From Coleofasciculus sp. B1-GNL1-01 (GTDB taxonomy: Bacteria > Cyanobacteriota > Cyanobacteriia > Cyanobacteriales > Coleofasciculaceae), in the NCBI GenBank assembly GCA_040220235.1, contig JAVJTO010000164.1: a stretch of DNA of 64,000 nt; one strand, given 5' to 3'. The first letter of the stretch is position 1. Each line of letters begins with the position of its first letter. Under the pieces are notes generated by a model. That model searched no databases. It was given only the letters and a program-made list of their open reading frames with translations, and had not been told where the DNA came from. This document shows, in pieces, positions 19,995 through 28,807 of the stretch. Position numbers and translations under genes: made by a program.

Positions 19995-22589
19995 ATGTCC
20001 CACGGTTGGCAGTTTTGGCGTCGATTTATTGGATTATCTTTAGCCAGCCTTGTCTTTTGTATCAGCTTTCATCCCTGGTCCACTGGGCAAGCCGAACCCG
20101 CCACAGAAATTCAACAACAGCAATTGCTCACACCGACTTCTGAAAAACAGCTTGTGTCCAAGGGAATTGCATCCTATCAAATCGGAGAATTTTCCCAAGC
20201 CATTAACTTATGGGAACAAGCCTTACCTCAAATTACCGACGAAAATGATCGAGCAATTGTTCACAATAACCTGGCTTTAGCCTATCGGCAAACGGGGGAA
20301 CTGGCTCAGGCGATCGCGCACTGGGAAAAGGCGATCCAAATTTACCAGGCTTCACCGGATGCCGAAAACCAGAAACGCATCGCTGGGCTATTAACCGAAC
20401 AAGCCCAAGCTTACAATGATTTGGGACAACATCCGCGAGCGATTACTCTCTTAGAGTCAGCCATTGAACTCGCCACTAAATACCCAGATTCCTTAGCAGA
20501 AGCTGCCGCTCAAGGCGCTTTAGGCAATGCCCACTGGAGTTTAGGCAACTATGATCAGGCGATTTCCGCCCACAAACAGAGCCTCAAAATTGCCCGCGCA
20601 TTGAATAATAACAGTTTTATCGCCACGGCTTTAAATAACGTGGGGAATGTTTATGTCAGCAGAGCCAGCCGATCCAGTTATCAGGCGCAGGTGGCTGAGT
20701 TAGAAGGAGATGTGCAAGAGGCGACGCGCTTAACCCAGGAGGCGCTTCAGGATTGGACACAAGCCAGACTATTCTTCGAGCAAAGTCTAGAAACGGCGCA
20801 AGCCTTAGGAAGTTTGACCGAAATTAAAGCCTTAATGAATTTAAATCGCTGGGTGATTAGTCGTCATTCAGCCAATGTTGCTGACAATTCAGCCGAACCC
20901 TTGAGTGAGGGTGATCAGGCGTTTCTCCAAAGCAATTGGCAACGAGTCAGAGAACTCCTCCCTGGAATACCTGATTCCCGACAGAAAGCCTATACCCTGA
21001 TTCACCTAGCCGAGAGTTTTCAACAGATCGAGTCAGAGGCTTCAACTCAGGAGTCGATCCAGCTTTTAACCCAAGCTTTAACAGTAGCCCAAAAAATAGG
21101 CGATGCCAAAGCCCAATCCTTTGCCCTAGGGAGCTTAGGACAATTGTATGAATCAGCCGGAGACTACAGCACGGCGATGAATTTAACCCGCCAAGCTGAA
21201 TTTAGCGCCCAGCAAATTCAATCCTCTGATAGTTTATATCGCTGGCAATGGCAAGCGGGGCGGATGCTGAAAGCTAGAGGTAACATCGCCTCAGCCATTT
21301 CTGCTTATGAAGGGGCGATCGCGACGTTGCAAAATATTCGCGGCGATTTAGTCACCAATAAAGAGCTACAACTGGATTTCCGGGAACAGGTTGAACCCAT
21401 TTATCGAGAATTAATTGATTTGCTCCTCAATGCTTCCAGTAGCGATTTGAGCGAAGTCAACTCCCAAGAAACGGTTTCACCCCTCAAAGAGGTAATTGAT
21501 ATCGTCGAACTGCTCAAACTGGCAGAGTTGGAAAACTTTTTCGGCGATGAATGTGTGCAAGTCGCCAAAGATAAAGCTCAAAATGAGCAGGGGTTAGCCG
21601 ATGCCAATGCTGCTGTTATCTATTCAATCATTTTGAATGATCGCACCGAAATGATCCTGCGATCGCCTGATGGTTCCCTAAAAAACTATCCTATCCCTAT
21701 CAGCAAGGAAGATATGGAAGTCGAGATCGAACAGCTACGCTACTTTCTGGAACTACGCACCACAGAACAGTATATTCCTCAAGCAAAAGAAATTTATAAT
21801 CGGCTGATTCGTCCCATGGAAGCTGATCTAGCCGTCATGCAACCCAAGACATTAGTCTTCATCAACGATGGCGTCTTGCGTCAGATCCCCATGAGTGCGC
21901 TGCACGATGGTCAAAACTTTTTGATTGAGAAGTATCCCATTGCGATTACTCCCAGTCTGTCATTAACCACCAGCCAACCGTTAGATCACAATCAGTTAAG
22001 AGCGCTGAGTCTGGGTTTAACTATTGCCAAACCTCCCTTTGCCCCCCTGACGAATGTAGAAGCTGAGTTAAATGTGGTTGAAGAAATCTTAGGCGGGACA
22101 GAGTTAATTAATCAGGAATTTACATTCTCAAACTTACAAGACAAACTACGACGCAAAAATTTTCCCGTGGTTCACATGGCAACCCATGGCAAATTTGGTG
22201 TTGATTCCCAGAGTACCTTTATCCTCGGTTATGATCAACAAATTAGTATTGAAGAACTCGACAATCTATTGCGGTCTCGCGGTCGTCGAGAAGCGGTGAA
22301 ACTGCTCACCTTGAGTGCTTGCCAAACCGCAACGGGAAATAATCGTTCCGCATTAGGAATTGCGGGTGTCGCTGTTCGAGCAGGTGTAGAGAGTGCAGTA
22401 GCGACATTATGGTATATCAATGATGAAGCAACTGTACCGCTGATTGCCGAATTTTATAGCCAACTGCGCCAACCGGATATCACCCGGGCAGAAGCGTTAA
22501 GACAGGCGCAGCTAAAGATGATTTCTAATGTCAATTATAATCATCCAGCCGTTTGGTCGCCGTTTATTCTAATTGGCAATTGGAGTTAG
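19995..22589 (+). CDS. Exported TPR + CHAT (caspase-like, clan CD) protease
   Basis: N-terminal hydrophobic signal, several TPRs, YRWQWQAGR, intact HMATHG and LSACQT dyad, C-terminal HPAVWSPFILIGNW; alternative TTG start at 19974. Confidence 0.93.
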   Translation: MSHGWQFWRRFIGLSLASLVFCISFHPWSTGQAEPATEIQQQQLLTPTSEKQLVSKGIASYQIGEFSQAINLWEQALPQITDENDRAIVHNNLALAYRQTGELAQAIAHWEKAIQIYQASPDAENQKRIAGLLTEQAQAYNDLGQHPRAITLLESAIELATKYPDSLAEAAAQGALGNAHWSLGNYDQAISAHKQSLKIARALNNNSFIATALNNVGNVYVSRASRSSYQAQVAELEGDVQEATRLTQEALQDWTQARLFFEQSLETAQALGSLTEIKALMNLNRWVISRHSANVADNSAEPLSEGDQAFLQSNWQRVRELLPGIPDSRQKAYTLIHLAESFQQIESEASTQESIQLLTQALTVAQKIGDAKAQSFALGSLGQLYESAGDYSTAMNLTRQAEFSAQQIQSSDSLYRWQWQAGRMLKARGNIASAISAYEGAIATLQNIRGDLVTNKELQLDFREQVEPIYRELIDLLLNASSSDLSEVNSQETVSPLKEVIDIVELLKLAELENFFGDECVQVAKDKAQNEQGLADANAAVIYSIILNDRTEMILRSPDGSLKNYPIPISKEDMEVEIEQLRYFLELRTTEQYIPQAKEIYNRLIRPMEADLAVMQPKTLVFINDGVLRQIPMSALHDGQNFLIEKYPIAITPSLSLTTSQPLDHNQLRALSLGLTIAKPPFAPLTNVEAELNVVEEILGGTELINQEFTFSNLQDKLRRKNFPVVHMATHGKFGVDSQSTFILGYDQQISIEELDNLLRSRGRREAVKLLTLSACQTATGNNRSALGIAGVAVRAGVESAVATLWYINDEATVPLIAEFYSQLRQPDITRAEALRQAQLKMISNVNYNHPAVWSPFILIGNWS

Positions 22590-22779
22590 TGTCATTGGTC
22601 ATTGGTCATTGGTCATTTGTCATTCGTCATTCGTAAGGGAACAGGGAACAGGGAACAGTAAGCATTTTGAGTTAACTTCCCTATCTCCCTCATCTCCCTC
22701 ATCTCCCTCATCTCCCTCATCTCCCTCATCTCCCTCATCTCCCCCAGCTCCCCCAGCTCCCCCAGCTCCCCCAGCTCCC
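22590..22779. repeat. STRR arrays (GTCATTG, GGGAACA; nonamers CTCCCTCAT and CTCCCCCAG)
   Basis: Tandem repeats between the convergent CHAT and DUF928 genes. Confidence 0.92.
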
Positions 22780-22895
22780 TACCCACCACAAGACTTATTC
22801 AGCAGCCCCTAAAATAGGGAGCAGGGTTACATGATGTATCCCTACTCCCGGTATTGCACTAATGTTCACGCTTTACACCGCTTTCTCTTCGACAG

Positions 22896-23756
22896 TCACG
22901 GTCTTTTAGCAATGTTAAGCCGTTCTTGCTGCGTCACTTGAGTCAAGCCAACTTGCTCCAGCAGAGCCAGGAAATCATCGTTGGTAACTAGCTCATTAGA
23001 ATTCGCGGTTTCAACTTTGGACATTGCAGCTAAGGCATCGTACCAAAGCCCAGCTTCAGCATAACTCCAAGCGCGATCGCGCCACACCTGTGTTGGCACA
23101 TTGTTCTTAGTCGGAGGAGTTGATAGCCGTTGTGGTTCTAAAGCGGCTGGTGTGGATACCCGCTCAATCCAGCTAATGAATACGGGATTAGCCGATGGAT
23201 GCTTGGTATTACAAACCAGAGTGACTGACCATTTGTAGGTTCGTCCAGTTTGCAATTCTGGTCGGTCTTTGGGAAGTTGCAACTGGATCATCCCGGCTTG
23301 GGGAGAGTCGATTTGTTTCTCAAAGAGCGGTTCCGGAACTCCGGGTTCCACGAGAGCAAACCGCATCGGTACACCTTCAGGTACAGGCTGTGATAAGTAC
23401 CAGAAAAAGGTAGGATGACCGGATTTGGTTTGTCCAGCATACTCCTCGGATGGGATCAACAATGTGACTAAATCATTGGTTAACGATTGGCGACAGCCGC
23501 GTGAACCTGAGCCTATTGTCCGCCGTGGATTAGTTGCCACGGGTGGTATATATTGTTTAGACGAACGATGGGTTGACGTTTTGTTTAACTCTGCGTTGGC
23601 AGGTAGATCGTTCCAAATCGAGGTCAGAATTTCTAAATTCTTCGATGACGAAAAAATCCGGGGTGCAGGTAGGTCTAAAAAGCCGAACATTTGCAGGGAA
23701 ACAATTGAAGCTGTCCCGGCAATGATGGTTACTAATTTTTGCCGAGTGGTGTTCAT
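22896..23756 (-). CDS. DUF928-domain protein (exported)
   Basis: RRTIGSGSRGC, HPTFFWY, YKWSVTLVC, YAEAGLWYDAL, LLEQVGL; N-terminal hydrophobic stretch. Confidence 0.88.
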   Translation of the reverse strand: MNTTRQKLVTIIAGTASIVSLQMFGFLDLPAPRIFSSSKNLEILTSIWNDLPANAELNKTSTHRSSKQYIPPVATNPRRTIGSGSRGCRQSLTNDLVTLLIPSEEYAGQTKSGHPTFFWYLSQPVPEGVPMRFALVEPGVPEPLFEKQIDSPQAGMIQLQLPKDRPELQTGRTYKWSVTLVCNTKHPSANPVFISWIERVSTPAALEPQRLSTPPTKNNVPTQVWRDRAWSYAEAGLWYDALAAMSKVETANSNELVTNDDFLALLEQVGLTQVTQQERLNIAKRP

Positions 23757-23912
23757 GAGATTAAGTCCTTCGTTTCATAAGGGTCTTTTTACAAAGGGTT
23801 GGGATGTGATGCACCTACTCCAGCTATGGAAAAATTTTGCCTGAAGACTTTTGGACTCAATAGCGCTCTTGGCTGACAAAATCTAAATCATTATACATGG
23901 CATTTTGAACAA

Positions 23913-25847
23913 CTACAGCAAAATTTGATAAACGGCAGTTAATTGTTCGCGCCCTTTGAGTCTCACCTGACCGATTTGTTTCGTGGGGAATTGATTGTGT
24001 AGATGCTGGTATGTTTCTTCATTGATTAAAATCCGGCAAATTCCTCCATCGAGAGTTTTATCGTAACTTTCTAATCGAGCCGCTACATTTACGCTATCTC
24101 CTAGGGTGGTGTAGTCAAGCCGTTGAGCATTCCCCAAGCTACCTGTGACGACATCCCCTGTGGCAATTCCCACGCGCATTGCTGTTTGCGGATAGCCTTG
24201 ACGTTGCCATTCTTGATTGAGGGTTTGCAGTTTTTGTGCCATGGCTAACGCACAGTTTACCGCTGCGATCGCATCCTGGTCAATTTCGGCGGATGTCGTG
24301 CGTTTAATCGGTACACCAAACACCGCCATAACTGCATCTCCGATAAACTTATCCACAACACCGCCATGATCTAGCACCGTTCCCGCCATGGCATCCATAT
24401 ATTGATTCAGCCAAGCCATCAGCACTTCCGAACCCATATTTTCTGCTACTGTACTAAACCCTTTCAGGTCTGAGAACAGAACCGTGGCAGTCATCTTCTG
24501 ACCACGTAGACGTCCTTCTTTGAGAAGTTGTTCGCGATCGCGCCAAATTGCTTCGGCGATTTGCTTGGTGACATGGCGACCGAATAAATTCATAACGGTG
24601 TGTCGCTCTTCACGCTCGAAGTTACCGATGTACCCTGTCGTTGCTGTAGCGGCACCCAATAACGCCAAAGCTGGGGGAATCACAGGAATCCACCAACTGC
24701 TGATGATAAAGGCTAAGTAGCTGCTCCCGACCAGACCGACAAGTGCGAACAAAAGGCTAATTACTGTCCAACGAGGGAGTAATTTAGCTAAACCTCCTGC
24801 ATCTCGCAACACCCAACACAGGGTTGCACCCGTCAAAGACCAGAGAAAAATCCAGATCCCTTCGATTGGTTCCGACCAAGTTTTCAGTCCAGAACGCCCT
24901 TCTAGAGCTGAACTCAGCAATTGACTAATCATGTTAGCCTGAACTTCTATCCCAGGTGTGCGCTCTTGGGTGGCAATTTTATCACCACTATAGGGGGTGT
25001 AGAAGAAATCATTCAAGCTAGTTGCCGTTGCCCCAATTAAAACGAGGCGATCACGCATTAAGTCTGGTGGTATCCGGTCTTCAAGTACCTCTGTCAATGA
25101 CACCCTGGGAAAGGTACGAGCCGGACCCTTATAGTTTAACAAAATCTGGTATCCCCCGTCATCAGCACTCACATAACCACCATCATTTGCGGAAAAAGGT
25201 TGAAACGTCCCCTTTCCTAAATGAAAAATCAGGGGATTCGTTTGGGAAGGTTGAGATATGATGTCTTGCTCTGCTAAATACATCAATGCCAGTCTCATAC
25301 CAAAAGAGACGGTGACTTGATCGTCGTTTTCAACCATATAAAGCAATGATCGACGCAGCTTACCATCCGCATCAATCACCACGTTATTAAACCCAACTTG
25401 TTCGCGTTGATCTAGGACGGGTGGGGGAGCTACGCTAGCGCTGGGATCTTGCTCGTTAATTTTTTCTATCCCGATTAAATTGGGAGTTGTTTCAAAAACA
25501 TTGACTAATTCGTCATGACCGGGCAAAACCGATAAATCTCGATACAGGTCAAGACCAATCACTCTCGGGTTTTGCGCTTTAATTTTTTTGAGAAGTTCAG
25601 CCAGGACATTATCCGGAATGGGCCACTGTCCGACTTTTTTTAGATCCGCCTCACTAATTCCCACAACCAGAATTCGTTCATCCACAGGTTCTTGAGGACG
25701 CCAACGAAAATATTGGTCAAGAGCAGCCCATTCCCAAGTCTGTAAAAAGCCGAGAAGTCGCAATAGAATAATGAGTCCAGCCACACCAGGAGCAACCGTC
25801 CAGACACCTCGCCCCGCCCAAATTTTTTGTTTAAGGTCTTTCCACAT
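23913..25847 (-). CDS. CHASE2-domain class III adenylate cyclase
   Basis: TM, CHASE2 (GQWPIPD, VIGLDLYRD, DADGKLRR, PGIEVQA), three TMs and a cyclase domain (LFSDLKGFS, DKFIGDAVM, DYTTLGDSVNVAARLE); the Lys/Thr specificity pair indicates ATP. Alternative start at 25907. Confidence 0.93.
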   Translation of the reverse strand: MWKDLKQKIWAGRGVWTVAPGVAGLIILLRLLGFLQTWEWAALDQYFRWRPQEPVDERILVVGISEADLKKVGQWPIPDNVLAELLKKIKAQNPRVIGLDLYRDLSVLPGHDELVNVFETTPNLIGIEKINEQDPSASVAPPPVLDQREQVGFNNVVIDADGKLRRSLLYMVENDDQVTVSFGMRLALMYLAEQDIISQPSQTNPLIFHLGKGTFQPFSANDGGYVSADDGGYQILLNYKGPARTFPRVSLTEVLEDRIPPDLMRDRLVLIGATATSLNDFFYTPYSGDKIATQERTPGIEVQANMISQLLSSALEGRSGLKTWSEPIEGIWIFLWSLTGATLCWVLRDAGGLAKLLPRWTVISLLFALVGLVGSSYLAFIISSWWIPVIPPALALLGAATATTGYIGNFEREERHTVMNLFGRHVTKQIAEAIWRDREQLLKEGRLRGQKMTATVLFSDLKGFSTVAENMGSEVLMAWLNQYMDAMAGTVLDHGGVVDKFIGDAVMAVFGVPIKRTTSAEIDQDAIAAVNCALAMAQKLQTLNQEWQRQGYPQTAMRVGIATGDVVTGSLGNAQRLDYTTLGDSVNVAARLESYDKTLDGGICRILINEETYQHLHNQFPTKQIGQVRLKGREQLTAVYQILL

Positions 25848-26144
25848 CTTATTTTTTAGCGCTCCTTGGTGGTTAGAAACCCAGCTCTCTCTCCTTACCT
25901 TATTCAAGGGCGAAGTAATTGGAACCGAAAAATTAGGTTTGAAGGAATAAATTATTACAAAAACTTTAAATTTAATGGCACTGAAATAAGCATTTTTTTA
26001 TCGCCCGAACCCTTGAACTACTGTAGGGTAGGCAATGCCCACCAGCATACCAGTCAGTGCCATTCAACTTTGAATTAGCGATCTGCGAAATATTACATAG
26101 GGATAATCATCCCTCAAGTGGGTTGGGTAAAACGATCGCGCAGC

Positions 26145-28226
26145 CTATTTCTCTTGCGATGCAGCCTGATAGCAGATTAAATCATCAGCATTCGCGATCG
26201 CGACCAGTTCTGGAGCCGTACCCACGATTACACGTCCATCAGACGTTACCATCATACCCTGAGCTTCTTGAATTGGGTCGCCGGGTTTCCAGAAACTGGG
26301 AGTTGAGGATTGAGAATTGACTGTTGGCGCAGTAGCTTGTTGTCCAGCATCGCCACTAATTCCCTGAACCTGAGTAACGGAATAGTTACCCTGTAACGGA
26401 TTATAGGGGTTATTCGGTAAACCCCCTGTACCTGTAACAATAAAGCTACCTTGCTCCTTATTGCGGTGGGTGAGGCAACTATCAGCAATCACTTGCTCTG
26501 GTGGCAAAAAATTGGTTGATAGTGGCGAGAGGGAATCTTGATTCAAATTCAGCGAGGCTATAAATAAATTACCAGCATCACCGCTACCCAATGCCTCGAC
26601 TGAAATATCCACTCGGTCATTGCCCCGAAATGGCTCAAACGAACCTGGGTTGCGACCTACAGCTGTCCCTTGACCACTGGAGAAAAAGTCTGCCAGAAAT
26701 ACGGGAGAGATAATGCTGATATTACCACCCCTGCCATCAACCGCATTTGCCAGAATATCACTATTTTCTAGGGCGATAAAAACATCGGAGTTAATTGTAA
26801 TATTGCCACCACCACCGATACTGTCGAAAACACTGGTACTAATCAAGCTACCATCGCGTAGACGAATATCTTCAGCCGTGATATCGATGTTACCTCCTCC
26901 TGCTTGATTTGAAGTAGCCGTAATTTCAGCTCCATCTCGAACTGTCAAATTTTCAGTTTGAATGGTTAGCTTGCCAGCATCACCCATCCCTTCACTGGAA
27001 ACAGCTAACCCACTCGGTCCCACAATTGGTGAGCTGCCACTTATCTCTACAGACTCAGAGGCGGTTACGGTTAAGTTGCCTCCCTCACCTCGAGCCGAGC
27101 CAAATGGCGTAACTATAGAACCCGTAGATATTCCAGCCCCATCTTGCACAATTAATCGCCTCGTGGTAATTCTCACGTCTCCTGCATTCCCATCACCAAA
27201 TGTGACCGCATTCAAGTTACTTGAAAAGCCATTGGCTGAAACACCAATTAGTTCTACAGACTCCGAAGCTGTTACATTCACAGTTCCAGCTGATACTGAT
27301 CCTAAGGTGATAGAGGAAATTTGAGCACCATCGGTGAGTCTTACCTGCCTGCCTTGTATTTGAATATCACCACTCCCAATATCAACACCTGTTCCGATGG
27401 GAGGTGGAAAAGGACCTAGATCAGTCACATCAATCGTAGCTTCTTGAGACAGGTGAATATCTTGGAAATTCTGAACATTTTCATAATTGAGAGCAAAACC
27501 ACGATTTGTGGATTGCAGATTGACCAAACTATTACCAGAAACACCTCCTACCTCAACCCGTCCTCCTGGCGCAGTCAGATCACCTCCCTCTAGCAGTACT
27601 TCACCCCCTACTAGAGCTAAACTTTTACCCGTCCGCACCTGAAGACCCACTGAATCTGAAATTGCACCCATTGTTCCGTCCGGACTAGCTTGAGAACGGT
27701 TAACTATCCGTCCTGCTGCGGTTCCAAATTGTAGTCCTACAGGAATACTCACAGTCAGCACAGGTGAGGCTATGCGGTCAGTGCTAAACTCTGTACCATC
27801 TTCAAATTTCAAACTATTTGCTGTACTTGCTACAAAGGAGCCACCAATGCTGAGGGAGGCATTGGAACCAAAGATAATGCCGTTGGGATTGAGGAGAAAG
27901 AGATTAGCATTACCGTTCGCTTTGAGCATGCCATCAATGTTTGAGATGGAATCGCCAGTCACCCGACTAATGACGTTTTGGACATCCAGGCTATTTTTGA
28001 AGAAGGCTGATCCATTGGTAGGTATGGAAAACTCGCGAAAGCTATGGAAGAGGTTCTCTCCGGCTTGATTTTCCCCAGTGATTGTAAAGTTAAGGTTATC
28101 GGCAGTCTTAACGTCGGTAGATAAACTTCCATCAGAGGCAATTTGCCCTTGAACTGACTTAACTGGAATTAAAATGAAGAAGACAATAGGTGGAACCAGC
28201 CAGAGTAAGTAATAACGTCGTTTCAT
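26145..28226 (-). CDS. Filamentous haemagglutinin-like TpsA exoprotein
   Basis: Signal peptide; TPS domain NLFHSF...NLFLLNPNGIIFG; G(N/D)AG beta-helix repeats; C-terminal TGTGGLP...EAQG cyanobacterial tail; AGGAG-like RBS region. Confidence 0.93.
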   Translation of the reverse strand: MKRRYYLLWLVPPIVFFILIPVKSVQGQIASDGSLSTDVKTADNLNFTITGENQAGENLFHSFREFSIPTNGSAFFKNSLDVQNVISRVTGDSISNIDGMLKANGNANLFLLNPNGIIFGSNASLSIGGSFVASTANSLKFEDGTEFSTDRIASPVLTVSIPVGLQFGTAAGRIVNRSQASPDGTMGAISDSVGLQVRTGKSLALVGGEVLLEGGDLTAPGGRVEVGGVSGNSLVNLQSTNRGFALNYENVQNFQDIHLSQEATIDVTDLGPFPPPIGTGVDIGSGDIQIQGRQVRLTDGAQISSITLGSVSAGTVNVTASESVELIGVSANGFSSNLNAVTFGDGNAGDVRITTRRLIVQDGAGISTGSIVTPFGSARGEGGNLTVTASESVEISGSSPIVGPSGLAVSSEGMGDAGKLTIQTENLTVRDGAEITATSNQAGGGNIDITAEDIRLRDGSLISTSVFDSIGGGGNITINSDVFIALENSDILANAVDGRGGNISIISPVFLADFFSSGQGTAVGRNPGSFEPFRGNDRVDISVEALGSGDAGNLFIASLNLNQDSLSPLSTNFLPPEQVIADSCLTHRNKEQGSFIVTGTGGLPNNPYNPLQGNYSVTQVQGISGDAGQQATAPTVNSQSSTPSFWKPGDPIQEAQGMMVTSDGRVIVGTAPELVAIANADDLICYQAASQEK

Positions 28227-28386
28227 AGGAGTAAGTGCTTTCTCGTAGACCTATTCTGAGTCTAACAACTCACACTTATAAAGGTTGAAAGCACAGATAG
28301 ACTTTGAACAGACGCCTTTAATTATTTGGATGGCTCATAAGGATTATGTTCAGGGCAGGGATTATTCGCATTTAATGCACATTGGT

Positions 28387-28578
28387 TCACCAACACCTCC
28401 CCCAAAATCGAATACAAAAATCTGAGGTAGTCGTATCCTCTATCTGCTGTTGAGGACTCACAGGCTGGTCTTGCCTAATTCTATTCTCCATGTTAGCATT
28501 CGCAGAAACAGGAGCTGCGCCAACTTGAGTAGAAAATGTTAAGCTGAGAGCGATCGCGGTAGATGCAACGAGTTTCAT
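28387..28578 (-). CDS. Small exported peptide precursor with a C-terminal Cys-bracketed aromatic motif
   Basis: 63 aa; GGAGA Shine-Dalgarno before the ATG; Sec-type signal MKLVASTAIALSLTFSTQVGAAPVSA; ends FCIRFWGRCW; co-oriented directly upstream of tpsA. Confidence 0.75.
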   Translation of the reverse strand: MKLVASTAIALSLTFSTQVGAAPVSANANMENRIRQDQPVSPQQQIEDTTTSDFCIRFWGRCW

Positions 28579-28763
28579 TTTTCTTTTCTCCGAGTAGATG
28601 TACGAACCTGTGAGCTTGGTGTGATTAACCTAGCCCTAAAATTTTGAGAGATAAATTGCTCTTGTCAGAGACTTTTTATTCAGTTGTTGGAGTTACCCTG
28701 TCAGTGGCGCACCCGATTAGTAGAAGTTTGAGAGAAATCTTTTTCTGCCACTGCTCTATAATT

Positions 28764-28807
28764 AAACTATAGCAAGAGAAAAGACAGAATCTGTGATCTT
28801 TATCAAA
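28764..28807 (-). promoter_or_regulatory. Putative class II CRP-dependent promoter for the peptide/tpsA genes
   Basis: TGTGATCTTTATCAAA at 28792-28807 matches the CRP consensus TGTGATCTAGATCACA at 13/16; minus-strand TG-C-TATAGT -10 box at 28771-28766, 20 nt downstream of the site. Confidence 0.55.

Noticed and set aside
22573..22812. 79-aa Ser/Pro-rich ORF
   Set aside because: Nonamer and heptamer repeat translation with no independent coding evidence
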